The notes beneath the pieces were generated by a model. That model was not told the origin of the DNA. It saw only the letters and a program-made list of their open reading frames with translations, and ran no database searches. The position numbers and the translations under genes were made by a program. From the NCBI GenBank assembly GCA_963555815.3, contig CAUVWX020000001.1, positions 608,001 through 672,000 of the forward strand: 64,000 bases of DNA, given 5' to 3'. Position 1 is the first letter of the stretch. Every line of letters starts with the position of its first letter. Shown one piece after another: positions 18,964 through 29,261 of this stretch. The DNA is from a bacterium. Its GTDB lineage: Bacteria; UBA8248; JACPRG01; G963555815.

Positions 18964-19707
18964 TTAGAGCCACCTCAAGATCCATTCCGGGGTGAAGGAT
19001 TGGGCATAGCTGTTGAGGCGGGTGAACTGGCCCGTCAACAATAGAACCCCCATCAGGATCAGAACCACGCCGCCCGCCCGTTGAAAGATCGGCATCCACC
19101 CTCGAAACCCCTTCGAGAATTTGAAAAAGGTGTTCAAAGCCACGGAGCTCAGGAGGAAGGGAATGGCCAAGCCCGCCGAGTATATGACCAGAAGGCCCGT
19201 CCCCTGGCCTATCCCTCCTTGACTGCTCGCCAGGGTGAGAATGGCCCCCAGCGCCGGCCCCACACAGGGAGTCCAGGCTATCCCGAAGGAGATCCCCACG
19301 AGGAGCGCCCCTGCGTAGCCGATAGGCTTTTTATTTCCCATCAGCCGGTATTCCCGATAGAGAAAACTCGGCTTGAACACCCCGGCGACATAGAGTCCAA
19401 AGAGGATGATCACCCCGGCGCCCACATACGTGAGTACGCCGCGAAACCGGAAAAGGGCCTGGCCGAGAAGGCTGAAGGAGGCCCCCAGGGCGATAAAGAC
19501 GGCTGAAAAACCTAACACGAACAGAAGGGAGCTTACGAAGACTTTCCTGCGGATGGAGGAGCCCCCCTGCTCCTGCATCTCCTCCAGGGAAACCCCTGAT
19601 ACAACAGAGAGATAAGAGGGGATTAGGGGAAGCACACATGGAGAGAGAAATGAGATGAGGCCTGCCGCAAAAGCGACGAATGCAGATACACCAAACCCTA
19701 GATCCAT
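18964..19707 (-). CDS. ccdA: CcdA/DsbD-type transmembrane disulfide reductase
   Basis: SFLSPCVLPLIP and WTPCVGP motifs; about six TM segments. Confidence 0.9.
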   Translation of the reverse strand: MDLGFGVSAFVAFAAGLISFLSPCVLPLIPSYLSVVSGVSLEEMQEQGGSSIRRKVFVSSLLFVLGFSAVFIALGASFSLLGQALFRFRGVLTYVGAGVIILFGLYVAGVFKPSFLYREYRLMGNKKPIGYAGALLVGISFGIAWTPCVGPALGAILTLASSQGGIGQGTGLLVIYSAGLAIPFLLSSVALNTFFKFSKGFRGWMPIFQRAGGVVLILMGVLLLTGQFTRLNSYAQSFTPEWILRWL

Positions 19708-19830
19708 ATCTATCTGTCTCCACTTTTAGCCCACCGTATCACCACAAAGACCAACCTGTCAAGGCCTGAAAGCGGTTTACCGTCAGCGAAGGCAGGGCTT
19801 TCAAACGCCAAGCCCCTCACCCTTTCTTCC

Positions 19831-20382
19831 TCACGAACCGCCTTCAAGGAGGGCCTCGATGAGCTGGTGGGCCTCCGGCGCGCCCCAATCCCTGTAGCCC
19901 GCCCCGCCGCCGACAAGACGCCCTTCTCGGTCCAGAAGAAAGGTCGTCGGGGTCGCTGGAACCATGAAGACCCTCGAGACCTCATTGGCCTGGTCGATGA
20001 GATGGGGGAAGGTCAGGTGGTTCTCCTCGACATAAGGCTTCACAACCTTCTCACCCGAAGAGTCAATAGAGATGGCCAAAATGATGAACCCCTGGTCCTT
20101 ATATTTTTGATAAAGGGCTTCGAGAGCCGGCCGCTCTCGTAGACAGTAGGGTCACCAGGTGGCCCAAAAATTCATGAGGATCACCATGCCCTCGAAATCC
20201 CGAAAGTTGACGCGCTTTCCCGAAACGTCCTTCAGCGAAAAGTTCGGGACATCAACGGGGGTCTTGAACCGGACCAGCTGAAGATTCGCGTAGAAAGATT
20301 CATCTACCGCCAGCACCGGACCGCCCCAGAGGACAAGCCCCAAAAGGGGGACAAGTAAGATTCCCCGAATCCAAGATGTCAT
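19831..20382 (-). CDS. TlpA/ResA-like exported thioredoxin, selenoprotein (UxxC; Sec at TGA 20154-20152)
   Basis: ORFs 20152..20400 and 19831..20079 are the same frame; read-through gives NFWATW-U-PYCLRERP...PTTFLLDREG; RBS AAGGAG before ATG 20382; SECIS-like hairpin follows. Confidence 0.88.
20121..20139 (-). promoter_or_regulatory. Bacterial SECIS-like hairpin
   Basis: mRNA sense CGAGAGC-ggccg-GCTCTCG, perfect 7-bp stem with G-initiated loop starting 12 nt after the TGA. Confidence 0.7.
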
Positions 20383-20488
20383 CCCTATTTTCTCCTTCAA
20401 CCCTATTTCCTCTACCTATTCTCTTAAGAACAACCTTCATTGCCCTTTTGATCCAACGAATTTCTCCAAACAAAATTCCCCACAACCC

Positions 20489-21463
20489 CTAAGGTGTGAA
20501 GACCTCATTGACCCCACTGTAGGAACCGCCCGGCCTATGGCCCCCTGAGAGAACGAAGATCCGGTCCCCGATGACTGCGGCCCCAAGTCCGTGACGGGCC
20601 GTCGTCATCGGCGCTCTTTGGGTCCAGCGATCCGTGGCGGGGTCATACTCCTCATTTTCTGAAAAGGTCTTGCTCGCGGACTCCCCTCCGAAGATAAAGA
20701 TCCGACCGGCAAAGACAGCGGCCGCAATCCCGCTCCTTGGGGTCGGAAGAGGGGCGCGCTCCTCCCAGGCGTCCTCCTTGGGGTCGTAGACTTCATGTGT
20801 GCCAAGATTTCTCACAAAATTCCCAACTCTCCCCCCGATGACATGAAGGCGATCTCTCACGACGGCTGAGGCGATATGGTTGCGGGCCGTCGGCGTGGGG
20901 GTCCTTTGCTCCCAGCGGTCAGTCTCCGGGTCGTAAACTTCATTGGCCGTGACGTCTGATCCAAAAGCTCGTCCGCCCACGGCATAGATTTTCCCCTCAA
21001 TGACGCCTGCGGCGAGGGCCCCCCGGGCTGTGGGCATCGGCGCCCGCTCCCGCCAATGATCCTCCCTGGGGTCATACTCGTAGAGGTTCTCTAACGCCTG
21101 CCAGGTGAAGTCTCCCCCGAAGCCGCCTATGACATAGAGTTTTTCACCGACGACGGCGACGGCCGTATGGTGAAGGACCTCTGGCAAAGGAGCCGCTTGC
21201 CGCCAGATCTGGGTCTCCGGGTCATAGACCTCAACCAGACGGGTCATCCCACCCCCCATGAACCCGCCGACAACGTAGATCTTTCCTCCAAGGACGCCAA
21301 CCCCCACCTCACTCCGGTCCGTGGGTGCCGAAGGCTCAATGGCCCAACTCCCCTGGGCGGCCGAAAACCCTCTCCCCAGGAGAAAAACGCAGGTTAAGAG
21401 GAGAAGAGTTCTGAGAGTGGATTTGAGCCCCCAGCCTGGTCGAGGCCGCTTTGCCCCTCTCAT
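20489..21463 (-). CDS. Exported Kelch-repeat beta-propeller protein
   Basis: Six repeats of IYVVGG...EVYDP..D.W...AP.PT.R; hydrophobic signal; start uncertain. Confidence 0.85.
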   Translation of the reverse strand: MRGAKRPRPGWGLKSTLRTLLLLTCVFLLGRGFSAAQGSWAIEPSAPTDRSEVGVGVLGGKIYVVGGFMGGGMTRLVEVYDPETQIWRQAAPLPEVLHHTAVAVVGEKLYVIGGFGGDFTWQALENLYEYDPREDHWRERAPMPTARGALAAGVIEGKIYAVGGRAFGSDVTANEVYDPETDRWEQRTPTPTARNHIASAVVRDRLHVIGGRVGNFVRNLGTHEVYDPKEDAWEERAPLPTPRSGIAAAVFAGRIFIFGGESASKTFSENEEYDPATDRWTQRAPMTTARHGLGAAVIGDRIFVLSGGHRPGGSYSGVNEVFTP

Positions 21464-21799
21464 TGGCCGTCTCTCACCCCGTGTTTCAGCCAGCGGCTGA
21501 AGAAAAAGGACCATCCTAACGGTTATTGGGGAACGCCGAAGGTCATCCCACCCCTTCGGCAACCTCGAATTATATCCACAATCTTCCCAGATTTACAGAG
21601 ATTGCGCACCAATGGGGGACAAGAAGTTGCCTCAGCATCCCGAATACTATCGTGTCCAAGAGGTTGACGCAGGGGAAAAACGATCCCATCTTATTCTTTC
21701 AGAAGAAGGAGATTCTCTGCCCGATCCCCGGAGATCGGGCGTATATATGAAATAAACAGCACATGATTGGACCTGGGGCCTTCCGGCTGGGGCTGAAAA

Positions 21800-22573
21800 A
21801 TGCGAAAGGTTCGATGGCCCTACCAGGTGAGAGGGTTCCTTGCGGGAGCTCTCAACCTTTTCCTGCCATCCTCCTGTGCCGCCTGCGGGGTGAGTCTGAC
21901 ACCCGGGGTGGCGAGAGGGGAGATTCCCCGCCTTTGCGCCTCCTGCTGGGCGGAAATCTCCATCCTCCACCCTCCCTTCTGCCCAAAGTGCGGCCGGCCC
22001 TTTGGTTCAGAAGCAGCGCTGAGCGACTCCCCGGAGCACCGCTGCGGGGACTGCCGTCTGAGAGAGCCGCATTTCGACGCCGCCCGCGCGGTAGGGGCCT
22101 ATAAGGGGGCCCTGCGGGAGACCATCCACACCTACAAATACGGAAATGTCAGCGCCCTCGGCGCCTCCCTGGGCGGGCTCCTGGCGGATCGCTTTGGGGA
22201 ACACTTTGGGAAGGACGCCATCGATTTGGTGACCCACGTGCCCCTGAGCCCTCAAAGGTGGAGAGAGCGCGGCTTTGACCAGGCCTGGCTCCTGGCCCGA
22301 GGCCTTGCAAGGCGTTCGGGTCTCAGGGCAAGGGCATACGTCCTGGACCGGATCCGGTGGGGCGGCCCTCAGACGGAGTTGAAGGAGGAGGCCCGATGGA
22401 GAAATGTCCGGGGCGCCTTTGTCCTGAAGGCCCCTTCCCTGGTTCAGTCCAAGCGGATCCTCGTGGTGGACGATGTCCTAACAACGGGGGCCACGGCGAG
22501 TGAGTACGCCAAGGTTCTCAAGGGCGGAGGGGCTGAGGCCGTCTACGTCTATGCCCTCGCCCGGACCACCTAG
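21800..22573 (+). CDS. comF: ComF family protein (double zinc ribbon plus PRTase domain)
   Basis: Four CxxC pairs, RGFDQA, LVVDDVLTTGAT. Confidence 0.88.
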   Translation: MRKVRWPYQVRGFLAGALNLFLPSSCAACGVSLTPGVARGEIPRLCASCWAEISILHPPFCPKCGRPFGSEAALSDSPEHRCGDCRLREPHFDAARAVGAYKGALRETIHTYKYGNVSALGASLGGLLADRFGEHFGKDAIDLVTHVPLSPQRWRERGFDQAWLLARGLARRSGLRARAYVLDRIRWGGPQTELKEEARWRNVRGAFVLKAPSLVQSKRILVVDDVLTTGATASEYAKVLKGGGAEAVYVYALARTT

Positions 22574-22596
22574 GCCCTTTGTCCCCGAAGAAACTT

Positions 22597-22625
22597 TTGA
22601 CCTGAGCGAGCGGGGATTATATTCT
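22597..22625 (+). promoter_or_regulatory. sigma70-type promoter of the gap operon
   Basis: TTGACC-17 nt-TATTCT followed by an AT-rich leader. Confidence 0.5.
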
Positions 22626-22640
22626 GTAAACTATCTGTGA

Positions 22641-23773
<1,133 letters not shown>

Positions 23774-23774
<1 letters not shown>

Positions 23775-24976
23775 TGGATTTTTTGACGCTAGCGGACGTT
23801 GAGGTGGAGGGAAAAGGGGTGTTCGTCCGATGCGACTTCAATGTCCCCCTCAGTGAGGACGGCCAGGTCGCCGACGAGACCCGGATCCGAGCCACTCTTC
23901 CAACGCTGAAGCGGCTTCAAGAGGGAGGGGTGCGGGCACTTCTGGCCTCTCATCTTGGGAGGCCCAAGGGGAAGCCTAACCCGTCTCTAAGCCTTCGTCC
24001 CGTGGCGAAGCGTCTGGGGGAGATTCTGGGAAAAGAGGTCCCTTTTGTTGCGGACTGTGTGGGTCCCGAGGTGAAATCGGCAGCGGCGGCGCTTCAGGAG
24101 GGCGGATTCCTTCTCCTCGAGAACCTCCGCTTCCATCCGGGCGAGGAGAAAAATGACCGCGAGTTTGCCCGGGCCCTGGCCGGGCCCTGCGAATTGTATG
24201 TCAATGACGCATTCGCAAGCTCACACCGGGCTCACGCCTCTGTGGCCGCCATCGCCGAGTTTCTGCAGCCCGCTGTCGCCGGACTTCTCCTGGAGAAAGA
24301 GATCCAAACTCTCTCTCAGGTCATGGACTCGCCTGGCCGGCCTATGGTGGCCATCTGTGGGGGAGCGAAGGTCTCGGACAAGCTCAATCTCATCAAGAAG
24401 TTGCTGGACCAGGTGGACAAGGTCATCGTGGGGGGGGCCATGGCCTTCACCTTCCTTCGGGCCCAGGGTCTTGAAGTGGAGGCCTCGCGGGTGGAGGAGG
24501 AGTTGACGGAGGAGGCCTCCCAGATCCTGGAGAAGGCGAAAGAGGCGGGGGTTGCCTTCCTGCTGCCCGTTGACTTGGTGGTGGCAGACCAGTGCTCGCC
24601 CGAGGCCCAGACCCGCATCGTCTCGGCCGAGGAGATCCCGCCTGGCTGGATGGGGCTTGATATCGGACCGAGGACGCGCTCGCTTTTCGGCAAGGCCCTT
24701 AAAGGCGCACAAACCATTGTCTGGAACGGGCCTATGGGTGTCTTTGAGATGAAGCCTTTTTCTCGTGGGACCTTTGAGATTCTGGAGCAAGTGACCGCCT
24801 CGGGGGCCCGGACAGTTGTCGGGGGAGGGGATACCGATGTGGCTGTCCATCAGGCGGGGGCGGCCCAAAAAATCTCCTTCATCTCCACAGGGGGTGGGGC
24901 GTTTCTGGAATTTCTGGAAGGAAGAGAGCTCCCTGGGGTGACGGCTTTGACGAGGAGACCTTCAGTCCATGGCTGA
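23774..24976 (+). CDS. pgk: Phosphoglycerate kinase
   Basis: RCDFNVP, SHLGRPKG, LLENLRF, GGAKVSDK, WNGPMGVFE, STGGGA; start overlaps gap stop. Confidence 0.96.
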
Positions 24977-25754
24977 GGGGGAAGCCCGCTCGGGCCGACG
25001 GCCCTTCATCGCCGGCAATTGGAAGATGAACACAACGGCCCGGGAGGCAGAGGCCCTGGCGGAGGACATCGCCAGAAACCTTCGAGAGCGTCCGGCGCCC
25101 GATGTGGAGGTGATGGTGGCTCCCCCGTTTCCCTACCTGGGCCTGGTGGCCCGCCGGCTGGAGGGAACAGGAGTGGCCCTTGGGGGTCAGGACGGCGGAT
25201 GGGCCGAGTCCGGCGCCTTTACAGGCGCGGTGTCCCCGTCTATGCTCAAGGATGTGGGGTGTACTTTCGTCATTTTGGGTCACTCAGAACGCCGCACGCA
25301 CCTCTCCGAGACCGACGAGATAGTGAGTCGGAAGGTGAAGGCGGCTCTCTCGGTCGGGCTGACCCCCATCCTTTGCGTGGGAGAGTCAGCCACCGCCCGA
25401 AAGCAGAGCCAGGCGGTCGAGGTCGTCACCCGTCAACTGGCGGGGAGCTTAAAGGGTGTCGAGGCCCCAGCTTTGGCCCGCCTGGTGGTGGCCTACGAGC
25501 CCGTCTGGGCCATCGGGACCGGGGATACGGCCACCCCAGAGCAGGCCCAGGAGATGCACGCCCTTATCCGGGAACGGCTCGCGGAGACAGGAAGCCCGGC
25601 CGCCGCCAAGGAGGTCCGGATACAGTACGGTGGAAGCGTGACCCCGGAGAGCATTGGGGGCGTCATGGCCCAGCCCGACGTGGACGGGGCCTTGGTGGGC
25701 GGGGCATCCCTGTCGGCCAAGAGTTTCCTCTCCATCATCTACGGAGGAAGGTGA
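24969..25754 (+). CDS. tpiA: Triosephosphate isomerase
   Basis: AGNWKM, GHSERR, AYEPVWAIGTG, YGGSV, LVGGASL. Confidence 0.97.
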   Translation: MAEGEARSGRRPFIAGNWKMNTTAREAEALAEDIARNLRERPAPDVEVMVAPPFPYLGLVARRLEGTGVALGGQDGGWAESGAFTGAVSPSMLKDVGCTFVILGHSERRTHLSETDEIVSRKVKAALSVGLTPILCVGESATARKQSQAVEVVTRQLAGSLKGVEAPALARLVVAYEPVWAIGTGDTATPEQAQEMHALIRERLAETGSPAAAKEVRIQYGGSVTPESIGGVMAQPDVDGALVGGASLSAKSFLSIIYGGR

Positions 25755-25758
25755 AGCG

Positions 25759-26148
25759 GTGCAGATTCCCCTCATATTACTCCATATCTTGGTAAGCCTT
25801 GTCCTCATCCTGATCGTCCTTCTCCAGACAGGAAAGGGGGCCTCCCTGGGGGCCGCCTTTGGCGGGGCGAGTCAGACCATCTTTGGCAGTCGCGGACCCG
25901 GGAGCTTTCTCGGCAAGCTGACGACCGCCGCCGCCATCATCTTCATGCTGACCTCTTTGATCCTGGCCTTCATCTCGCGACAACCCAGGACGCTGGTCTT
26001 CCCCGAACCCCCCTCCGCCTTTGAGGAAGGCGCCCCTCTCTCTCCATTCGAGGGAGGCTCTCCCTTTGAGGAAGGCTCTCCCTTTGAGGAAGGCTCTCCC
26101 TTCGGAGAAAGCACGCCCTTTGAGGGGAGCACCCCCGAGGACAGATAG
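25759..26148 (+). CDS. secG: Preprotein translocase subunit SecG with repetitive acidic tail
   Basis: LIVLLQTGKGASLGAAFGG...FLGKLT; GTG start after GGAGG; usual position after tpiA. Confidence 0.92.
   Translation: MQIPLILLHILVSLVLILIVLLQTGKGASLGAAFGGASQTIFGSRGPGSFLGKLTTAAAIIFMLTSLILAFISRQPRTLVFPEPPSAFEEGAPLSPFEGGSPFEEGSPFEEGSPFGESTPFEGSTPEDR
26014..26130 (+). repeat. 18-nt coding tandem repeat (about 6 units, SPFEEG-like) in secG 3' end
   Basis: TCTCCCTTTGAGGAAGGC twice exact (26059-26094) with degenerate copies at 26014, 26041, 26095, 26113. Confidence 0.9.
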
Positions 26149-26166
26149 TGCCGGAGCCCTCTATCG

Positions 26167-28290
26167 ATGGCCATTAAGCGCGTCCTTTTCCTACTGCCCG
26201 TGGCCGTCGCCCTCCTCTTCGTGGCGGCCTTTCTCGGGGCACTTCCGAATTTTGACAAAAAGGTCAACCAGCTTGTCTTAAGCTCCATCGGCGACGCCGA
26301 GAAGCTAAACCCCATCCTTTCCGTGGATTCAGCCTCAAGCGACATCAATGGCTTCATCTTCAACGGCCTGGTCAAGTTCAATGAAAACCTGGAGATGGTC
26401 GCAGACCTGGCCGAGCGGTGGACAGTACGGCAGGTCTCGCGGATCTATCTTCGGCCGCAGGCCGCCCTGTCGGCGCAAGAGACGGCCCGCCGTCTGAATG
26501 CCGCCCTGGAACCCAAGACCCGAGAGGATCTTCAGATCACGGAGATCCGTCCCGTCAGTGAGAGAGAGGTGGAAGTCCTCCTCGACACGGCGGGAACAGC
26601 GGTGGAGGAATTTCTGGTCGCCGCCCTCCCAAAAGAGGTTTTTGTCCCCCTGACGCGGGCTGATCTGGACCTCTCCTCTGAGCAGAAGGTTTTCAAAGGA
26701 CCTAAAGAGCTTTCAGAGAAGGTCCGGCAAGAACTCTCCAAGGCGGGTCTTTCGGTGGTCGAGACTAAGGTCAAACCCTGGGGGACCGTCTCCCTTCGGA
26801 CAGTTGGAGAGGAGGAAACGGTCCGCCTGGCCCTTCGCCCCATCCTGGAAGCAGGGGAGGGGGAGGGGGAAGAGAAGACTCCCGCGGTTCACCTGAGTTC
26901 CATAGAATCCTTCCCCATCGAGCATCGGCCGGTCATCACCTTCTCTCTCCGCCCCAATGTCCGCTGGCATGACGGGGAGCCCTTCACCTCGAAGGATGTG
27001 GAGTTCACCTTTCTCAAGGTCATGGACCCCGGAACGAACACGGTCCGCCGACCCATGTTCGAGCTCGTGGACCGGCTGGAGACTCCAGACCCACACACCG
27101 TTCGGGTGACCTACTGGAAGCCTTTTGCCCCAAGCCTGGAGAGCTGGGCCATCGGCGTCATTCCCGAGCACCTCTTCCGGGACCAGGACATCAACACGTC
27201 CTCCCTCAACCGGAATCCCGTGGGAACAGGGCCCTTTAAGTTTAAGGTGTGGGAAGCCGATGAGGTGATCACCCTTGTCGCTAACCCCGACTACTTCGAG
27301 GGTGCTCCCAACCTGCGCCAGCTCTCCTACCGCATCATCCCCGAGCCTCCGCTGAAGGAGCTGGAGTTCTTCATTGAGGGGGTGGACCTCGATACGCCCC
27401 AGCCTCACCAGTACCACCGCTACATCACCGACGAGCGGTTCAAGGTCTATGAACGTCTCGGAAACGGCTATACGTATATCGGATACAACCTGAGGCTTCC
27501 CCTCTTTCAAGATGTGCGGGTGCGCCAGGCCTTGACCCACGCCATCGACCGGGAGGCCATCGTGAAGTTTCTCCTCTTTGACCTCGGTGTCCCTTCGACA
27601 GGTCCCTTTCCCCCTCAGTTCTGGTACTCGCCGCCCGACGTGAAGCCGCTCCCTTACGACCCCGAGAAGGCCGGGCGTCTTCTCGACGAGGCCGGCTGGA
27701 GAGACACGGACGGGGATGGCCTCTTGGACAAGGACGGGGAGCCTTTTCGCTTCACCCTCATGACGAATAACGGAAACAACCTCCGGATCAACACCGCCGT
27801 CCTGGTCCAGCGCCAGCTCGAGGAGATTGGGATCGACGTCAAGATCGAGCTCTTCGAGTGGTCCGTTTTCATCCGGGACAAGGTCAATCCGAGGAATTTT
27901 GAGGCGGTGGTCCTCGGGTGGGGGCTCGGCCTGGACCCCGACGTCTATGAGATCTGGCATTCAAGCCAGACAGAGAAGGGTTTTAACTTTGTCGGCTATC
28001 GCAACCCCGAGGTGGACCGCCTCATCGAAGCCGGAAGGACCACCTTCGACCGGGAAGAGCGAACGCCCATCTACTGGAAGATCCATGAGCTCATCCACGA
28101 GGACCAGCCCTACACCTTCCTATACGTGGGCAAGGGGACACCTGCCCTTCACGAGGGGAAGTTTAGGTTAAAGCGGAGCACCGATCGCCAGGAGGTCGTC
28201 GAGGATATCACCATGACCGAGAACGGCCTCCTCTACTTCTTCAAGGACTGGTTTCGGGTGAGAGGCCGCGCCGTCTTCACGTCCTCCTAG
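26167..28290 (+). CDS. Peptide/nickel ABC transporter substrate-binding protein (family 5) with large insertion
   Basis: LNPI, DLAERW, RWHDGEPFTSKDVEFT, PVGTGPF, DVRVRQAL, DTDGDG. Confidence 0.9.
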   Translation: MAIKRVLFLLPVAVALLFVAAFLGALPNFDKKVNQLVLSSIGDAEKLNPILSVDSASSDINGFIFNGLVKFNENLEMVADLAERWTVRQVSRIYLRPQAALSAQETARRLNAALEPKTREDLQITEIRPVSEREVEVLLDTAGTAVEEFLVAALPKEVFVPLTRADLDLSSEQKVFKGPKELSEKVRQELSKAGLSVVETKVKPWGTVSLRTVGEEETVRLALRPILEAGEGEGEEKTPAVHLSSIESFPIEHRPVITFSLRPNVRWHDGEPFTSKDVEFTFLKVMDPGTNTVRRPMFELVDRLETPDPHTVRVTYWKPFAPSLESWAIGVIPEHLFRDQDINTSSLNRNPVGTGPFKFKVWEADEVITLVANPDYFEGAPNLRQLSYRIIPEPPLKELEFFIEGVDLDTPQPHQYHRYITDERFKVYERLGNGYTYIGYNLRLPLFQDVRVRQALTHAIDREAIVKFLLFDLGVPSTGPFPPQFWYSPPDVKPLPYDPEKAGRLLDEAGWRDTDGDGLLDKDGEPFRFTLMTNNGNNLRINTAVLVQRQLEEIGIDVKIELFEWSVFIRDKVNPRNFEAVVLGWGLGLDPDVYEIWHSSQTEKGFNFVGYRNPEVDRLIEAGRTTFDREERTPIYWKIHELIHEDQPYTFLYVGKGTPALHEGKFRLKRSTDRQEVVEDITMTENGLLYFFKDWFRVRGRAVFTSS

Positions 28291-28297
28291 GGGTAAA

Positions 28298-29257
28298 ATG
28301 TTCCAATTCATCCTTCGCAGGCTCATCCAGTCCATCCCGGTCCTCTTCGGGATCAGCGTCCTCTCCTTCGCCATGATCCACCTCGCCCCCGGCTCCCCCC
28401 TGGGGGTTCTCATGGACCCCAAGGTGCCCCCCAAGGTAGTGGAGCAGTGGGAGAGGAATTTCAATCTGGACAAATCTCTCCCCGCGCAGTACGGCCTTTG
28501 GCTGAAGAACCTGGCGACGGGCGACCTCAGATCCTTTAAGGACGGGCGTCCCGTTATCGATAAGATCATGGAGCGGCTCCCGGCCACCCTCATCCTCAAC
28601 CTCGTGGCCACCATCATCATTTTCTCCATCGCGATCCCCTTAGGGGTCTATTCGGCCACGCACCGGTATTCCCTGGCTGATCACACGACCACCCTCTTCG
28701 CCTTTGTGGGGATCAGTATGCCCAGCTTCTGGCTGGCCTATATGCTGATCCTCCTCATCGTCCAGGGCCTGGGTCTCCCCATCCTGGGGTCAAGGACCTT
28801 TGGTCTGACGGAAGTGGGGGCTGTGGCGGGCCTCGCGGACCGCCTGTGGCACCTCTTTCTCCCCTCCGTCATCCTCTCCGTCGCCGGCATCGCCTCTCTC
28901 TCCCGCTACATGCGAGGGAGCATGCTGGAGGTGACCCGGCAGGACTACATCACTACGGCCCTCGCCAAGGGGCTCCCCGACGACGAGGTCCGCTACCGAC
29001 ACGGCCTTCGAAACGCTCTTATGCCCATCATCACCATCTTCGGCTTCCTCATCCCGACCCTCATCGGGGGCTCGGTCATCATCGAGTCCATCTTCGCCTG
29101 GCCGGGGATCGGCCGGCTGGCCTACCAGTCGGTCCTCTCTCGGGATTACCCCACCATCATGACCATCAACATGATCACGGCCATCCTCGTCATCCTGGGG
29201 AACTTGATGGCCGACGTCCTCTACGGCGTTGTGGACCCCCGGGTCAAGGTGAAATAA
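28298..29257 (+). CDS. Peptide ABC transporter permease (OppB/DppB type)
   Basis: HLAPGSP, ERLPAT, PSFWL, DYITTALAKG, IFAWPGIG, DPRV. Confidence 0.92.
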   Translation: MFQFILRRLIQSIPVLFGISVLSFAMIHLAPGSPLGVLMDPKVPPKVVEQWERNFNLDKSLPAQYGLWLKNLATGDLRSFKDGRPVIDKIMERLPATLILNLVATIIIFSIAIPLGVYSATHRYSLADHTTTLFAFVGISMPSFWLAYMLILLIVQGLGLPILGSRTFGLTEVGAVAGLADRLWHLFLPSVILSVAGIASLSRYMRGSMLEVTRQDYITTALAKGLPDDEVRYRHGLRNALMPIITIFGFLIPTLIGGSVIIESIFAWPGIGRLAYQSVLSRDYPTIMTINMITAILVILGNLMADVLYGVVDPRVKVK

Positions 29258-29261
29258 CCCC

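Noticed and set aside
21572..21580. DnaA-box-like ATATCCACA (and TGTGAATAG near 22636) as oriC
   Set aside because: Single mismatched boxes with no cluster or adjacent dnaA
26014..26130. CRISPR-like repeat
   Set aside because: 18-nt units are adjacent with no spacers, in frame within secG, and there are no cas genes
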